A DNA stretch of 64,000 nt from Xylographa opegraphella (taxonomy: Eukaryota). Location of the stretch: the NCBI GenBank assembly GCA_022813865.1, contig JALDZX010000057.1, positions 1 to 64,000 of the forward strand. The letters are read 5' to 3'. Made by a program: the position numbers and the translations under genes. Positions 13,171-29,931 of the stretch are shown here, piece after piece; position 1 is the stretch's first letter; the number at the start of each line of letters is the position of its first letter. Below the pieces are notes generated by a model. That model saw nothing but the letters and a program-made list of their open reading frames with translations. It did no database searches and had not been told where the DNA came from.

Positions 13171-13866
13171 GGCAAGTTTCAAATGCAATCAGGAATTACT
13201 TCAATTTGTATTCAGCAAGCCTAAGTATTCCTGGCCGGCAGTCCTTGAGTAAGGCGATCAGTGACAGTGAAATGACTATGACCGTAATCATGTGAACAAT
13301 TTGCTTTTCTCCCGAGTTTCTTAATTGACTGTGTTTGATAGCTTCCTTTGTTAGAGAGTTTGTGGCAAACCGGTTGGTTGTGACAACACTTATATAAGAG
13401 GTCTAGGCGAGTGGATTATGATGTTGGTAGAATGGAAATCATAAGTTTGATTTTTTGAAAATCTAGTAAAACTAGGCCGATACCCAGCTAGTTTTAAAAC
13501 ACTATTTGTACATGCCGGTATCACTAGCCTGAGTACATCCGAAGGGCTTACCAAATCATTTCACTGTTCATCGACGGGCACTGTAAAGATATCGCATGAC
13601 ACGAAGCAGATACAACATTCTCTGAATCTTTGCACCTCAACCTCTGGGTCATACTAAGAACTGGCTCTCCTCTAACTAAGGAGATGAATATATATATCTA
13701 CCATCATATAGTGATCCTCCATGGGTCACCTTCCCAGTTCTACCTCAGCCAAGCAGGGCCCTGGCGTCAAGATATCAACTATTGATACAAGGGCCTACAG
13801 AGAGGGCATATACAAAACGGGGTTTCTTCCCCAACAGTGATTGATTTTCTGTGTCATTCATTTCAG

Positions 13867-16058
<2,192 letters not shown>

Positions 16059-16546
16059 CGCTGAGAATTCGTGCGCAATGCAAGAACAGATGGGAGCTGG
16101 ACACTGGATCGAAGCGCGTACAAGGGGTTGGGTGGCCTCCAAGGATGTCGCACAGCAGCTCTTAGCGTTGCCAAGGCCTAGGCTGCGCGAAAGTCGGAAC
16201 TTCGGAGCTTTATTCGAGATCAGTCTGTAAACAATGAAACACAGAGTTGGTTACGGAGCATCTACGCGGAAACTAGAAACTTGTGTTACTCCGAGCAGTA
16301 TGCTGATTGAGCCTCAAATTAATGCTATACGAGCATCCTGAATATGGTCAGCGAGGCTAAATGAACTGAATGAGTGAATTTCACTCCGTAGCACACTATT
16401 CATCACAAGAAGTTATCTAGTCCTTCTCACCCCCTTCATTGGGCCATGAACAATTACTTGTAATCAGTCACCCCATATTTTCCAGACGCCAGGCTAAAAA
16501 TTCAACCAGGGACGCGTCCTTTGGGGTCTTTCAATTGTAGCCTTTG

Positions 16547-18505
16547 TCATGTCCCGTCGCCCCAGACTTTAGCTGTGATCGCCTTAGTGGCCAGCAGCTC
16601 TACTCTTCTGGCATATACTTTCATCATATGCATCATCGGGTCACCATAGACAACACCTCGCAGCTGCTGATCCGAAGTGACCACAGCTGTCATGTCGTCT
16701 TCTCGTCTGCTAGCACCGCCGCGCAGAACTACCAAACGGCCAGCGTTTGACAAGGATCCGGGAGGAATGTGCCACAGTGGCCTGGATGCGACAGGGGCAG
16801 CAGGAACTTTCTGCAATTTTCTTCGCAGTGGCCGGAATCTGGATTTGGCCTGTGGCAGGGGTATCGACGGTAGTATAGACCCGATGCAGCTCGAGCCTGG
16901 GGCTGGTGAGGCGTATAAGTCAAACAGCGATCTTATATAGGCTCGGTCGGCACGTGGGACTCTAATCATGATCAGCATACTGTCTAACAGTGTTTGTATT
17001 ACGAACATACGGATCGCCTTCGTTGATGAAAGAAAGAAATAACGATTTTCGATAACGTGGATTGCTTGACTTCGACAGCGGAAGGAGCGCGACAGGTGGT
17101 GAGCCGAAAGTAATGCAGTGGATATGCTTGAAGCCTGGACGGAGCGAGATCAGATATCTGCCCCGGGACATGCAATTATTGCAGATATAGTGGGATAAAA
17201 CGTACATCCAGTCAATAGATTTAGCTCGGATCGAACAGCCCCCGCCATCATGTGTGCGTACAGAAGGCTGGCCACAGCTCCGCCAGCTGAATGACCCGTC
17301 AAAATCAGGGATGACGTGCTTCTGGACGGATTCTCTTCGAGTAGGGACCGCAGGCGAGCTGCCACCGGCTGAATCATCTTGCGGGCCACAGAGAGAAAGC
17401 CGGAGTGGCAGAGATTTCCAGGGTCATCCTATGATTGTTAGCAATAGAGCACGCTGCAAGTCGACTCCCAACGAAAGCCATACCAAGAAATCTGCTGGTG
17501 ATGACGGGGCGGATCTCAAATTGACCGCCCAATCCATGAACGTCTGGCTCCCACGGATAGCGAACACCACGGCGTTCATGTCATCGATGGGGATCGACTT
17601 GATGACCATTGCTTTCGTGCCCATCCGCCAATCTGCATTGACATGCGCCTCTCGCTCTTTACTGCTAGGCTTGGTGTACACTCTTTGGGAGTATTGCGCG
17701 GCAAGGCAAATCAGGGGGTACGACGGAATGTAGCTTTGTACCAAATTAGTATTCTAGATCTTTGATCGACCCTGGTGATGCCTACAGCTTCAATTTAGGT
17801 TGATCCGGCGGCAGTTGCGAGTTGGCGTACAGGTTGACCTTTGCAAAGTAGTTTGAGCTCTTCGGGCTCGCTACAGCTGTAGATATGGCTTTGTTTGCAG
17901 TCCTTGATACCTCTGCTTTCGAGAATCCCCATCCTCCCCGAAGGCCTGGATCAAACGTAGGGTGAATGACTGAGCGATTAGCATTATAGTCACTGAAGAG
18001 ACTCGTCGACCGTAAACTTACTCAGCTCCCGCTCATCTCCACTGAAGCTTTCTTCGTCGATAGAGGTGATTACAGCATTAAACTTGCATGATATCAAATC
18101 GCAGATCTCAGCTCCGGAGGTCCCATTCTCCATGCCATACTGAGTAGGTTTGATGGCATTGCCAGAAGCGATCTGCGGCGTCTGTATTACTATTCGAGAT
18201 GTTTCATGGGCACAATGCTCTGGAGCTTGATCTGTCCGAGTTCTTTTTGGGATGGTCGTCGGAGGACCTTCTGGCGCAGCTCCCCACTGATGGCCTGGCA
18301 GCCGGCCAGGAAGTCGCTGTGAGGAAGGAATGGCTGTGTGTGGTGGCTGTCCGGCACTGGCATTATTCTGTAGCACTGATGGACGTTGGTCACTACGCGG
18401 AAGACGAGGCGGGGTTTTCTCCGTCGCTGTCTTGGGCGCGATCTGGAGATCGACTTTGCCTCGTCTTTTGACCCCACGCCTTCGGCGAGGAGTGGCAACG
18501 AACAT
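16547..18505 (-). CDS. Lipase class 3 / alpha-beta hydrolase, ~6 exons
   Basis: VFAIRGSQTFMDWAVN, CHSGFL, nucleophile elbow LTGHSAGG, CITFGSPP, FINEGDP|VPRAD, GDPMMH. All exons join in frame across GT-AG introns. Confidence 0.85.
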
Positions 18506-18874
18506 TCTGAGCAATGTCACGACGAACCCCTTCCGTAGGCCTGGTGGCCACACTCCCGAAGTCTCAAAATGAATTTCATTTCTGGTCCATGCGACAGCGA
18601 AGTCATTGTTCAAATTGCACTATAGCTTGTGTCCGCCATCCCGCACCAAAGGTTCCAGGCCCATTGAGGGCTGCGTTCATGTCTTCAGTCGTCTACGAAT
18701 AGAAATGCCGGCCTGTAGATAGCCGCCGCTAGAGGAACCCCTGAATCCAATGACAGGTATGAAAAAACACCTCCACGAAAACACCTGCTGTATGCGGATC
18801 TCGCAGCGGCCCAATGACTATGCACCATTTGTGACCCCATGCCCTGTTCCAACCCCCGCCAGATCTCGTGTGTC

Positions 18875-21800
18875 CTATGTCTTGGTCTGTCGTTTCGCAG
18901 TCCCGATATGCGTGTTGTGCACCTGTCTGGTTAGCCGAAGATAACGTCGAATTTTGTGGATAGAGGCACAAACCTTTGTTGCAAATTTCAAGCTCGTCAA
19001 CGTCTCGTGGAGATGTGCTTTCAGCGGACTGATCATCACAAACATGAGTGTCTTCGAGTTACCACCCAACGAGAACTGGAGCAAGTAGGTCAACTGTCGT
19101 TTCATTAGTACATTTCAGATCATATATTGTCACAGTTTTGTAGCCAGCCTGCGCGTACCTTGCTATTCCTGTAAGGAATATGTCCACCGTCTTTGCCCTG
19201 CCCGAGTGCTCCGATCACATCTCCCAAACAGCTAAGACTCTTGTTGATATTCTGGGTTTCCTTTAATCGCTCGCCCGTGCTACCACTGTGACTCAGTCTT
19301 TCGCTTCCGGCGAGATCCACAAGATTGAGAGTGCCTTCGCTCTTTTCCCCTGTAATACTGTTTTCTCCGGTAAGCTTCAGGATGAAAACGGAGTGTCCCC
19401 TTGAGGATCGCTCGTTCGCCATAGTGGCAGCAACAGAACGATTGGCCATCGCTTGGCTAAGTATTGTTTCAACCTTGTTCGGTGAATCAAATTCCACGGT
19501 AGTGACATCCGTGATGGTTGTTTTGCATTTCTGCATATCATGCCGAATCTCGTGCTTTTTCTTGTCAAGCTCCTCGGCCTTCCCGAGTAGGTCGTTGATG
19601 TTTTCGTTGTATACTTCAACAAACGAGCCCTCCATACAGTATCGCCACCCTTTCTCCTCTAATGACTTAGCCGTATCATAAATTTGACGCACGGCTCGTG
19701 GGATCATTCCATCTGCGGACGACATAGTGAATGTTTTTCCCGCGCCAGTTTGGCCATAGCAGAAGATACAGACATTGTAACCATCGAGAGCACTTTGCAC
19801 TAACTGGCTGATTTCGTCAAAAACATCGGCATTCTGCGCTGCTGGAGTAAAGACTCGGTCAAATGCGAACGCGTTTTTTCTCGTAGTGACTTTGCCCAAA
19901 CTATTCTTTTCCTCCGCGCCGAGTATCTCAACTTCTTTCGAGTCACCTTCGTCATCCGGAAAGGATATACGAGCAGCATCGCCAGCGGGATCCGACTCAA
20001 GCGATGGGCGAACACGGCAAAAGACTCTGATATTGCCTTTCAATTCTTGTACTTGGTTGTGTAGTTTTCTCCGCAGAGTTTCCTCAACTCGTAGTTTGTC
20101 CCTCGCGTCTGTCGCCTCCTTGATGGCGTCCTGGGTTTTCTGCTCCAAGTCCGCAAAAGCCTGAGACTGGCTCTTGCAATCTGATTCAAGGAACTCGACC
20201 CGAGCTCGCATACTGCGCATAGACGCTTCAAGCTGTACACTGTTGCTTGTACCTTCGGAGAGCTTTTCTCGAAGATCGCGATTGAGTTCCCTTTCGCGTA
20301 GAGTCGCCGCTTTCTCTTGCTCAATCTCATCTCGCAATGTACGCAGTGCCTGTTCCTTCACATTGAGCTCAACCTCAATCTTCTGCTTCGCTATCGCATT
20401 GTCTGTCGAAACGGCTTCGACCTCTTTCCGTCGTCTCGTCTTCTCATCCTCGATTGCATCCTCTAAGCGTCTCCGCAAGTCTGAAATCTCGTCGCGGTGT
20501 ATGTACCCTAATCTACGAGCTTCTTCTTCTGCGCTTCTCCTGGCATCTTCAAGATCCTGACGATGGTGCCGCCTTATTTCATCAAGCTCTATACTGTGCT
20601 TCCGTTTGAGCTCTTCCAACACCATGAACGACGAAGTCAAGTCTGCCTTCATGTTATCAATATTTTGTTGCAGTTTCATATTGCCGTCTTGCAATATCGC
20701 AATATTTTGCTGTAACACCGTATTGTTGTTCGATAATTGTAAGTTTGTCATATCCAACTCGTTGGCTATTTCAAATGGTTAGTAAAATATATTCAGGTAC
20801 CACTTCAGAAAATGCAGACCTCTTGATTTATACTTTCCAATCGAGTCTTTCAGGGTATCACTTTCCGCCAGCGTATCATCCATCTTCTCTTTGAGGTCGA
20901 TGTAGGAAGACTCCATGTTCTCCATTCGCAATTCGAGGCTCCAATCTATTGCAGTAGTGTTAGAGTCTTTGGTCAAGAAATTAACAGATTTCTGTTTCTT
21001 AGGGGATATTGAAGTTGTTGAAGTTATAGAAAGTCTCGACATCTTCTTTCGGGGGATGTGTGATGGGGTACAAGGTGGCTCAGGAATTTCTCCTGGGATA
21101 AAAGTGCAGTTATCATCGTTCAAAGAAAGACCACCAAGTCGTGTACTCAAAGAAATGTCACGAAAGCTCTTGATGCGGCTTGTGGATCTTGAAGTACACG
21201 AGATAGTAGTGGACCAGTCTGTTATGAAGGGGTCGTGGACATTGTTATATTTCTTGCGTAATGAATTCTCTTGCAGTGTTGGTGCTTTCTTTAGGGTTGA
21301 ATGAAATGGGGTCATACTGGTCGTATCTCCATTTGTCTGGTTTGACCGACTTGAGTCTGTGCGTTGATCGAAATAGCCTTGGGTTCTATCGGATATAGGA
21401 CGTGGTCGTGAGCTTGTACCAGCAGAGACCGATGCATTGGGTCGAAAGTGTTGTGTTGAAGGTGGTCGACCACCATTGAGACTGCTGTTGAACGAAGCGT
21501 TGGAGACATTCCGGCTTGAGGATACAGAGCCCGACCGTGAGGATGTAAGAGAGGTGTAAGATGTATGACGAGAGATACCTGTGATTGTCGTAGCTTTCAC
21601 AGCGGCATTGACAGGCCTGCTGCTTGGTGGGGCTGGAGCAGTCCTTGCTGGTTCTCCTGCGCGGTCCACAAGAGTCTTGCGCTTTAGTGTACCAGGAGGA
21701 GGGGGCAGCATTGTGGGAGGCCTGGCATTCGTAGCTGAAGCGGATATCTCCCCCATCTTTCGGGGCGAAGGTATTCGACTTGGTTGACGAAGGTGCGACA

Positions 21801-21889
21801 CGAACTGACCGAGCATCAAATTTAGTGAATGGCTGATAGTAGATTCAACATATCAGAGGAGCCCTTACAGAATTTTCGCTTTCGTCCAT
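18875..21889 (-). CDS. KAR3: Kinesin-14 (C-terminal motor; KlpA/Kar3-like), ~5 exons
   Basis: Coiled-coil stalk followed by [61 protein letters not shown] and [12 protein letters not shown]. Confidence 0.93.
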
Positions 21890-22458
21890 TTCTTTCAGAT
21901 TTCGGTGACCAGCTATGGTCACCAGACTCACAGAGCAGCAGCCAAAGCACAGTTTCAAAGCATTGAACCGAGATGCCACTGTGAACGTAATCTATAGAAT
22001 AAGGTAGCCTTCAGATAAATCGTTGTTTTGGCGCTACCACAGCTATCCCTGCAGTGTAAACAGACGGGAGTGACAAGGGCCGTTGTCTTGGCAGACTTGA
22101 GCACATGGTGCAGCCTTAGTCAGCGCAATCACCGCTAAGCCTCTTTCAGCCGTGATCCGCACCGGTAGAATATCCAAATGGCACATGTCAAATATCTACG
22201 CTGGGGGCTTATGGGCGGTACATTACTGGGTACGTTTACTGGTACATAAGCTTTCGTGGGCCCGATCTCATCGTCTTGTATTATTTGTACAAGTCGATGA
22301 CATGTCATTCCATTCATGACTATACATTTCGACTCCCGTTCTTCATGGGTCAGCTACATCGGTCCGAAAGTGTGCCCATAACCATTTGATCGCCGGCGCC
22401 CAACTTCCTTTTGCGACAACAGGTTGCGTCTCCAGGCACTACCTGCGGATATTCGAAA

Positions 22459-23603
22459 ATGGAGAAGTATTCACAGTACCGGGACAGAGGTACAGTCGCA
22501 CAACAATCAGCGACCTCCAACAGAGCAAGCATACTGATTAGATCCAGGATCCGGCATTGCGCCATTTTTCCCCATCCCCACCAAACCCTCGGGTCTCTAT
22601 CTACCCTTTCACATCTTTCTCTTTCTGTTCCGCGTTCCGATCTTGCTCACGGTGACTTTGAGCTATTTTATCGTTCTGCAGTGGCTTCCAATTGGATCAT
22701 TGGGAAAGAAAGCCTCGCTCTGGCTTATCTTGGGAACGCCGGGCATTTGGTGGATTGATTTGCAGATCGATGGTGTTAAGAGGGGGTCAGTGGCGCCAAC
22801 ATCAATCATTCCGTTGAACATTTTCTAAACTTGCGAGTAGCTCGGTGGCCAGATACCATCAGACTCGACTCCCTCAGCCTGGCACCATTATTGCCTCATC
22901 TCTCACATCTCCGATAGACGCTCTTTATCTCGCTGCTATTTTCGATCCTATCTTTACAGCATCATATCCATCCACGCGTCTTGTCCATCGGATATCTTTA
23001 TTTCAAGCACTTCTGCGGGCTTTCGCAGAACCACAGCTGGAGCCTCCGCCGAATACCAATCTTTGCAACCTTGAGACTCTCATTCGCAAGCATCCTCATC
23101 GAGCAGTCGTCGTATTCCCAGAATGTACAACGACAAACGGTAGAGGCATTCTCCCGTTCAGCCCTTCGCTCCTGACTAGCCCACCACGAACCAAGATTTT
23201 CCCCATCAGTCTTCGATACACACCTGGGGACATCACTACCCCTGTTCCAGGAAGCTATGTCGCCTTCCTGTGGAATCTTCTCAGCAAGCCCACACACTGT
23301 ATTCGTGTTCGCATAGCGGAGGTCGTCTACAACAATGGTCAGACTGCCGCTTCAGCTCCTCGTCCCACTAGCCCCAGTGGCTACAATTCCAACTTCCTGG
23401 ACACTCTGCAAGACGATATCTCTAGCAGTTCGGAAACCCTGCTAGGGTCTGAGGAAGGAGATGGTATCACACAGGCCGAGCGACGAGTACTGGATAAGAT
23501 AGCCGAAGCCTTAGCGCGGCTGGGAAGGGTCAAGAGGGTAGGATTGGGGGTCAAGGAGAAGTCGGATTTTGTGCGAGCGTGGAGCAGGCAGAGGAGAAGA
23601 TAA
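22459..23603 (+). CDS. LOA1: Lysophosphatidic acid acyltransferase LOA1/VPS66-like, 3 exons
   Basis: MEKYSQYRDR|GSGIAPFFP start, GIWWIDLQIDGVKRG, SPIDALYLAAIFDP, VFPECTTTNGRGIL. Confidence 0.85.
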
Positions 23604-24848
23604 TACAAATCGAACATTCTGAGGTGAATAAGGTATTGGATAGCATTGGCATCCCGGCCATGAGAGCTATCTCCATTGCATGAGTGATGAAAAACAGGAT
23701 TGTGGCATTTAGCGTTATGGTTTGATATCAAATTGCAGTTTCGTTTGGCGTCCACTAGTTCCATGTATGGGGATTGCAGTGCTCGTTGGATGGAACGGTT
23801 GGTGTATTCCCGCATTTGTTCTTCGTGTGACATCGGACCCATTTGTCAATCATTATCTCGAAATTCAAACTTCAGTTCCCTAAATTCCATCAATGCATGC
23901 TGCTCGTGTCATCCCTGATTCGTTCTGAGCATGGATGTCCGCCTTCCTTGATTCACAAGCGCTCTTAGCAAGCTTTTCGCCGCACAGCATAGAAATGAAG
24001 CACAGGCATGCGTCAGTACTCACAAGGTCAAGACTTCTAAAATATCATCTACGGAGGCTCCGGTTGTGCTTCGGTCTTGTGTAATGATGAGCTGCCCTAG
24101 TCATTCGGCCATATCTACTGCCTTCAATATCACCAGCTTGAGAGTGATTGGTCACAGGATATAGCACTCTGGTCTTGATAATAGTAGCCCTCATAGCCTT
24201 CACGGTCGGTACTTCCACGCTTGCTCGCGTTAATAGCGCAGGACAGTTTCCGCTGACACTTATTATCATAATATAGTTTGGCAGTGACAGCCAAGGTTTT
24301 GTGTAGTTTTGTGAAGGGTACGCACGGCTGTACAGCCAAGAGGACAGAATCTACCTATTAAGACATCGAATCCAACAATCTGCAATAGTGTAGTGTATAT
24401 ATGCACGCTTTGGTGTATGTGGATTTGTTCAAAGTTTTTCTACTTCAAGCTGTCACAGCGGAATAATGCCAATCATCTCAAATCTTGCCATTGTTCAAAA
24501 AATTTCTATAGTTGCTATTCCGATTCGCCGAGCAAAAGGAAGATACGCCCTTCCGCCGCCAATCATTTCAGGCTGGTCTGCAGCCTTGCGTTTGCCTGTT
24601 TCTGCAAACTCATCATTGTTTTCAGGCCTTCGTCGTTCTATCGCGGCCGAATGCCTGGACCACATATGCATCCAAGCCCCCTTTATATGGTGGCTTAGAC
24701 AGCTCGTGATAAGGCTGCCCGGTACCTCCCACGCGTTGCGTATTCTACATTAACTCCCCCGTCATAAATGTCGATCTGGAATTCTACACTCTCTGGCACG
24801 CTCCTGCTAAGTTTGCACTCCTGTTATCTTGAACCAGCTTGATTCGAT

Positions 24849-26051
24849 ATGTCGTTATCCGATACTCCAGGGGATTCGAACATTGGTACTGTCACTATCA
24901 TATGCGGATGGACTTTCAGTGGATTGGCTACAGTCGCCGTGAGTCTTCTGCTCTGGTCTCGGCGACTTCGTCACGTCCGTCCGGAAGCGGATGATTACAT
25001 CTTGATCGTTGCTTATATCTTGACGATCGTCCTCATGGCGCAGACCACGTGGGCAATCATCGATGAGGGCCAGGGTCAGCATGTATTCGATGTGCCTAGA
25101 ACACAGCTCGCACTCATCGCTAGTGTCCGTCTTTCTCTTGAAGCTATAGCAATGTTCCACTGACAACTTGCAGTCGCTGCTGGCCAACGAGACCCTGTGG
25201 GGCATCGTCAATACGCTTATCAGAGTCTCCGTCTTGTTGTTCACGAAGCGGATTATTTGGCGTATCAGACATGTACGATACTTCCTCAACGGTTTGATCG
25301 TCTTCTCCCTGCTCTATTGTGCGGTTATAGTCCTAGAAATTTTCCTTATATGTCGCCCTCTTACAGCTGCTTGGGATACTAATATCAATGGAGAATGCGG
25401 GCACGAGGTAGTGTCCTATGTGATTCTTGAGATAGCGGGGCTCTTCTTGGACCTTGCTATCCTTATTGTGCCTTTGCCAACAGTCTGGGGACTTCGTTTG
25501 TCTTTAAAAGCGAAGATTAGGGCAACCTGCTTGTTCTCGGCAGGCGCTCTGTAAGAGTAGCCCACTCTCACGGGAAATCAGCTGTGGACTAAGAAGAACC
25601 TAGAGTCATTGTCATCACCGGTCTCCGTATCCAAGCCTTGCACATGGTCATCTCTACCGATTTTACTTACTCCAGGGGCTATCTTTGCCTGCTTTCTGTA
25701 CTTGGAGCACTGCTCAGTATCATAGCATGCTGCGCGCCATGTTTGCTGCCCGTCTTAGAGCATAAAAAGGTGCGAGCATTTCTCGACACTGTATACAACT
25801 ACCGCGATTGTTTCTCCTGGAGGTTGCCCGTACGGACCACGGCCACGTCAACCCGGAGCCATATGTCGACGGTGTTGGCTAGGAGCCAGATGTCAAATCG
25901 AGAGCAGAATCTCGAGGCTGGCATGGTATTGCAGGAAAAGGGATCCACGTTGCATGATGCAAGCTCTGCTGTCACAGTCGATACTATTAGCACATATATT
26001 GATGCTGCAAAGGACAACATCAGTGATACAGAGCTTCATCGCGATATATAA
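24849..26051 (+). CDS. PTH11-like (fungal rhodopsin-domain) integral membrane protein, 3 exons
   Basis: Multiple hydrophobic helices with DDY, GQGQH, CRPLTAAWD...GEC, DLAILIVPLPTVWGL and ITGLRI. Introns at ~25124-25173 and ~25550-25603. Confidence 0.85.
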
Positions 26052-26542
26052 TTGGGGTACGCTGCTGGTGGGAAGAAGTATGAGCTGTGGGCAATTGCAT
26101 TTTGGGCGATAGATGTCAGGTGCAGCTTCTAGCCTTTGACAATTGTCAACCAACTTATATGCTCCGGAATGGATAGCTCCCTGCAGGGCGAGTCCAGCAT
26201 ATCGTACGTATCTGGCGTATGCTTTCTGGAATATACACCTGAATACATGGTTGTAGTTTGTTTTGGCATCCTTCGGAATAATTGCGGTTTTGAGTTTACA
26301 ATGGGCGACTGATACCTGGTGGCTAGCCGGTTCATACGACAATGTAACGATGCCAGTTTCGAACTTCTCGGTCATATTTGTAGAATGTGGACAACACGTA
26401 AGGCTAAAGTTGTCTGATGTGTAACCTTCAGATATCAGGTTGGGGTTCGAGCTGGCAAGATGAGACTAATTTGTGAGAAAATAACGTTTCTTTCGATCTA
26501 TAGTCTATCAGTACAGGTCCCAGCAAAGACGTTACATGCATC

Positions 26543-27883
26543 TCAAATCTCCTTGACCAAACTTCCGTCGTTCATCCTACCCTCACGCTTCCCTCCTTCT
26601 TGTATCCACGTTTCTACCAGGCCGTTCTTCGGATCCTCATCTGGCAAACCCCGCATCCTTCTGACCTTCAAAACCTCGTCTCTTACACGTTTCGTACACT
26701 CAATCCTCAATTCGATCGCCTCTTTCCCGTACTTGAGACCTTCGCTCAGCACCCCTAGCTCTTCCTCCTCTTTCGGTGACTTTCTTTGCCTTCTCTCGTT
26801 CTCCACCAATTCCCGCCATTTCCGCCTCAGCTCGGTGAACACGTTGTCTCTGGCTCCGCCAACGTTCTCCCCGAACCAAATACCAAGTGTCTTCCCTGGT
26901 CTGGGCGCAAAGCGGATCCACTCACGTTCTTCATTGTAGACTTGATCGTTGCCCTCGATCCACATTGGTACTATATCTGGGCAGACGTCTGGTTCCAGGA
27001 TGAGACGTGCCACACCCCACTTGAAATAGCGCATTGTTTTTCGTGGGTGCTGATGAACCCGACCTTCAGGGAAGATGTGTATCCAGGCATATTTGCGTGA
27101 GGGATATGACGAAGGCGCCGGGAAAGTATCAGTCCCATTGGTAGAATAGGTCAAGTGTGGGGAAGAGAAGGGATCTGAGATATCTGGGGAGAGGACGGAG
27201 GGATCTGGTCTGTTCTTGACATTTGTAGATTCGTGCTCGGAGCTATAAGCCCGTGTAAACGGTTGTCTCGACACTAGTCGCACCGCTTGGGTCATTGTCG
27301 GCTGGAAAAGGCCTCCGTAAGTGGAGTGTGCACTTCGGTGGGTGGGAAGGACTTGACCAAAAGTGAAGAATGTTGAAAGGATTCTATAGTCCAGTATCAG
27401 TCCCGTGAGGCGCGACGCACAATGCATGAGGTGTCTGACTTATTTGTAAAGCAAAGATCATAGCTTCCTGTCGACCAGCGATGGTTGCTCGGATTAAAGG
27501 CATAACTGAAAGGCAGTGCGCCCCATATGAGAGGATCATCGATTCTACAGGTGTTCTATCAGCTAAGGTGCATATAAGTAGCATGAAGAAGTTCTGCAGT
27601 ACGTACGTACATGCTTATATGATTAGAGACTACAGATGAACGGTCAGATTCAATTTCTGGCGCATCCAGCATGCTGTCACTCACCTGTGACCAAACCCCT
27701 TTGCCTTTTCTCTACATCTGCTCTCTCGTCCAATAAGTTCCGAAATTGGTCTAATCCATGGATATGTGTATTACTTGCGCCAAACATGAAGATGCGACAA
27801 ATTGAGCCTGCCAGGCCCATAATAATGGAGGAGCCCGTCCGCCATGGCAGGCTGGGCTCATATGGAGAGCTGTCAGTCGTCAT
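26543..27883 (-). CDS. TAZ1: Tafazzin (lysophospholipid/cardiolipin transacylase), 4 exons
   Basis: RGLVT|VSNHIS|IDDPLIWG, DLCFTN, FFTFGQVLPTHR, WIHIFPEGRVHQ, YFKWGVARLILE. Confidence 0.9.
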
Positions 27884-28185
27884 CGCGAATTTAAGTACTT
27901 CATGTTACAATGGCGATCGTAAATGCAGTTGCGCACGGTAGAGACAGTTGGAGATAGGTGTGGTTTTCCTTCAAACCAAATCTTGGATTTTGAGTGACGT
28001 GCTTTGTAGAGCGACGTAGCCCACATGGCGATGTGCACTACGTGTATAGGCAGATATGCCAGGCGCTATCTACATATGTTACTCCCGGTTAAAATTTTTT
28101 TTTGACATATTGGTAGTGTCACAAAAGCAACCCCATTGGTTTTCACGTATATTACTATAAGATGAAGTATCTCGAATAGCCAGTG

Positions 28186-29405
28186 TCAGCATTGAAAAGC
28201 CACACCCTGTCTCTTCGCTATATTTTTGCCTCCCCCTGCGAAACCAGTGCCTTCGCCAGCTATCTCAACAAGACCCGGCTTGATCTTTTCTTTCTCCTCC
28301 TTGCCGTGCTTGGTATTCTTGTCTGCTTTGGCCTTCTTGAGAGTCACCCTATCTGTCAGATCCTCCTCGCAGACATAACACCGGCATTCACCCCCCACTT
28401 CTGTGTCTTCGTTAGTTGCATGTGGATCTGGCAGTCGCTCCTGTGGCATCATGAATTTCTCCACACATGCTTTACAAACAACATGGCCACATGGAATGGT
28501 GAGCATGGCTCTTACCCCATTCTTTAGAGCTCTCTTGCAGGCAGGGCATATTCGGTTTGCGGTTCCGTCAGCAGAAGGGTTCGTCCCGCTTGACGTAGAT
28601 GTAGATGTGCTGAAATTGACCGAAATAAGCGATTTGAGAGAGAGTGGATGCGAGGAGGTTTCCGATGACGCGGGACAGAAAGGGTGGAGCTTGACACTCT
28701 TGGCGGCTTTCGAGTTCGCCGAAGACGGCGTGAGAGAAGGAACCCAGAAGGACGGCAGGGACGGCTTTGCGGACTGTAGAGAATGCTTAACAGGACGATA
28801 AAGATAGCATCACGCCAACTTCCGTACCTTTTCGTCGTCCAGAGCTTTCCTCGCCTTCAATCGCTCCTCCTTGGCGTTCTTCAGCATCTCCTCTTCGTCG
28901 AGCTCGAATTTCCTCTTCACCCCTCGTCCCTCCTTCGCCGGCTCTTCGTCAGTAACAGATACCTGTCCAGTGATATTTTTTCTCGGTCCACCCTCCAAGC
29001 CCATCATCACCTTCTCGAAATCATCCACGGCCTTTTCCCGCTCTTCCTCGCCTCGTTCCCGCGCTTCCTCCTCCTCCTCTCGCCTTCGCCTTTCGTCCTC
29101 CTTCTCTAGGCTCTTAATCTCTTTACGTTGAGCGAGAAGATTATTGACTGCGCATTCCCGACAGAATATGTCACCGTTCGCAGCACACGCGACTGGATCT
29201 CGTGCGATCTGGAGGCATAGGCGGCATGAGGCGAAAGGTAGAAAGGAGTCGCGCGAGAGACGGGTGGCCTGGGAGCCCCAGGAAGACTTTAGGAGTGATC
29301 TTTCGTGAGAGGTGAAGAAGGCAAGGGAAGTGTTACGCTTGCCTGTGCTAAAGTGTGAGCCTCGACTATGCACAGAGACTTGATTTTGCACTTACTGTGA
29401 GACAT
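28186..29405 (-). CDS. NOSIP-like RING/U-box zinc-finger protein, 3 exons
   Basis: [70 protein letters not shown]. Confidence 0.82.
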
Positions 29406-29931
29406 TTCGAGGGGAAAATCTCGAAGTTTGATCTAGGCCCCCGTGTTCGTAAGCTACGGGCGTCGGACTATTTCCGGTATATAAGGACCCCTTGGTCTCA
29501 CAGACTCCAGCTTCAGCTCTTTCGACGACATCCGCGTCGATTCCAAACCCTAAAGTTGGGTGGTTGAGCTTACCCGGTGATGCAGATTACTCTCTGCTGA
29601 AGTGGAAACGATAGTAATTCTCAGCAGTGTTCAGTCACGAACAGCTAGCTCGAGCTGCAGGTCGAGCTTGGGCGCCCTGTTACCTAGCTCAATGATGGCG
29701 TCTTACGCTTCGTGTCTGTGTTACTATAGCGCCAAATGATTGATAGAAGTCATACTGTGGTCCTTGCGTCAATGACAGTCGTCTTGGACGAAGATGATAA
29801 GGAATAGATAATTCTCGCTTTATTCAAGTCAGATACTTATCTTTCACCAAAGCGTTCTTCGTTGGAGAACCTGAGTATTTGAAACCCAATAAACATCCCA
29901 TTTGTGAACGCCGAATCAATGATCAAACACG

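Noticed and set aside
16547..27883. Lipase, LOA1 and tafazzin as a lipid-remodelling cluster
   Set aside because: Conserved housekeeping-type genes interspersed with unrelated genes (kinesin, PTH11-like); no evidence of co-regulation.
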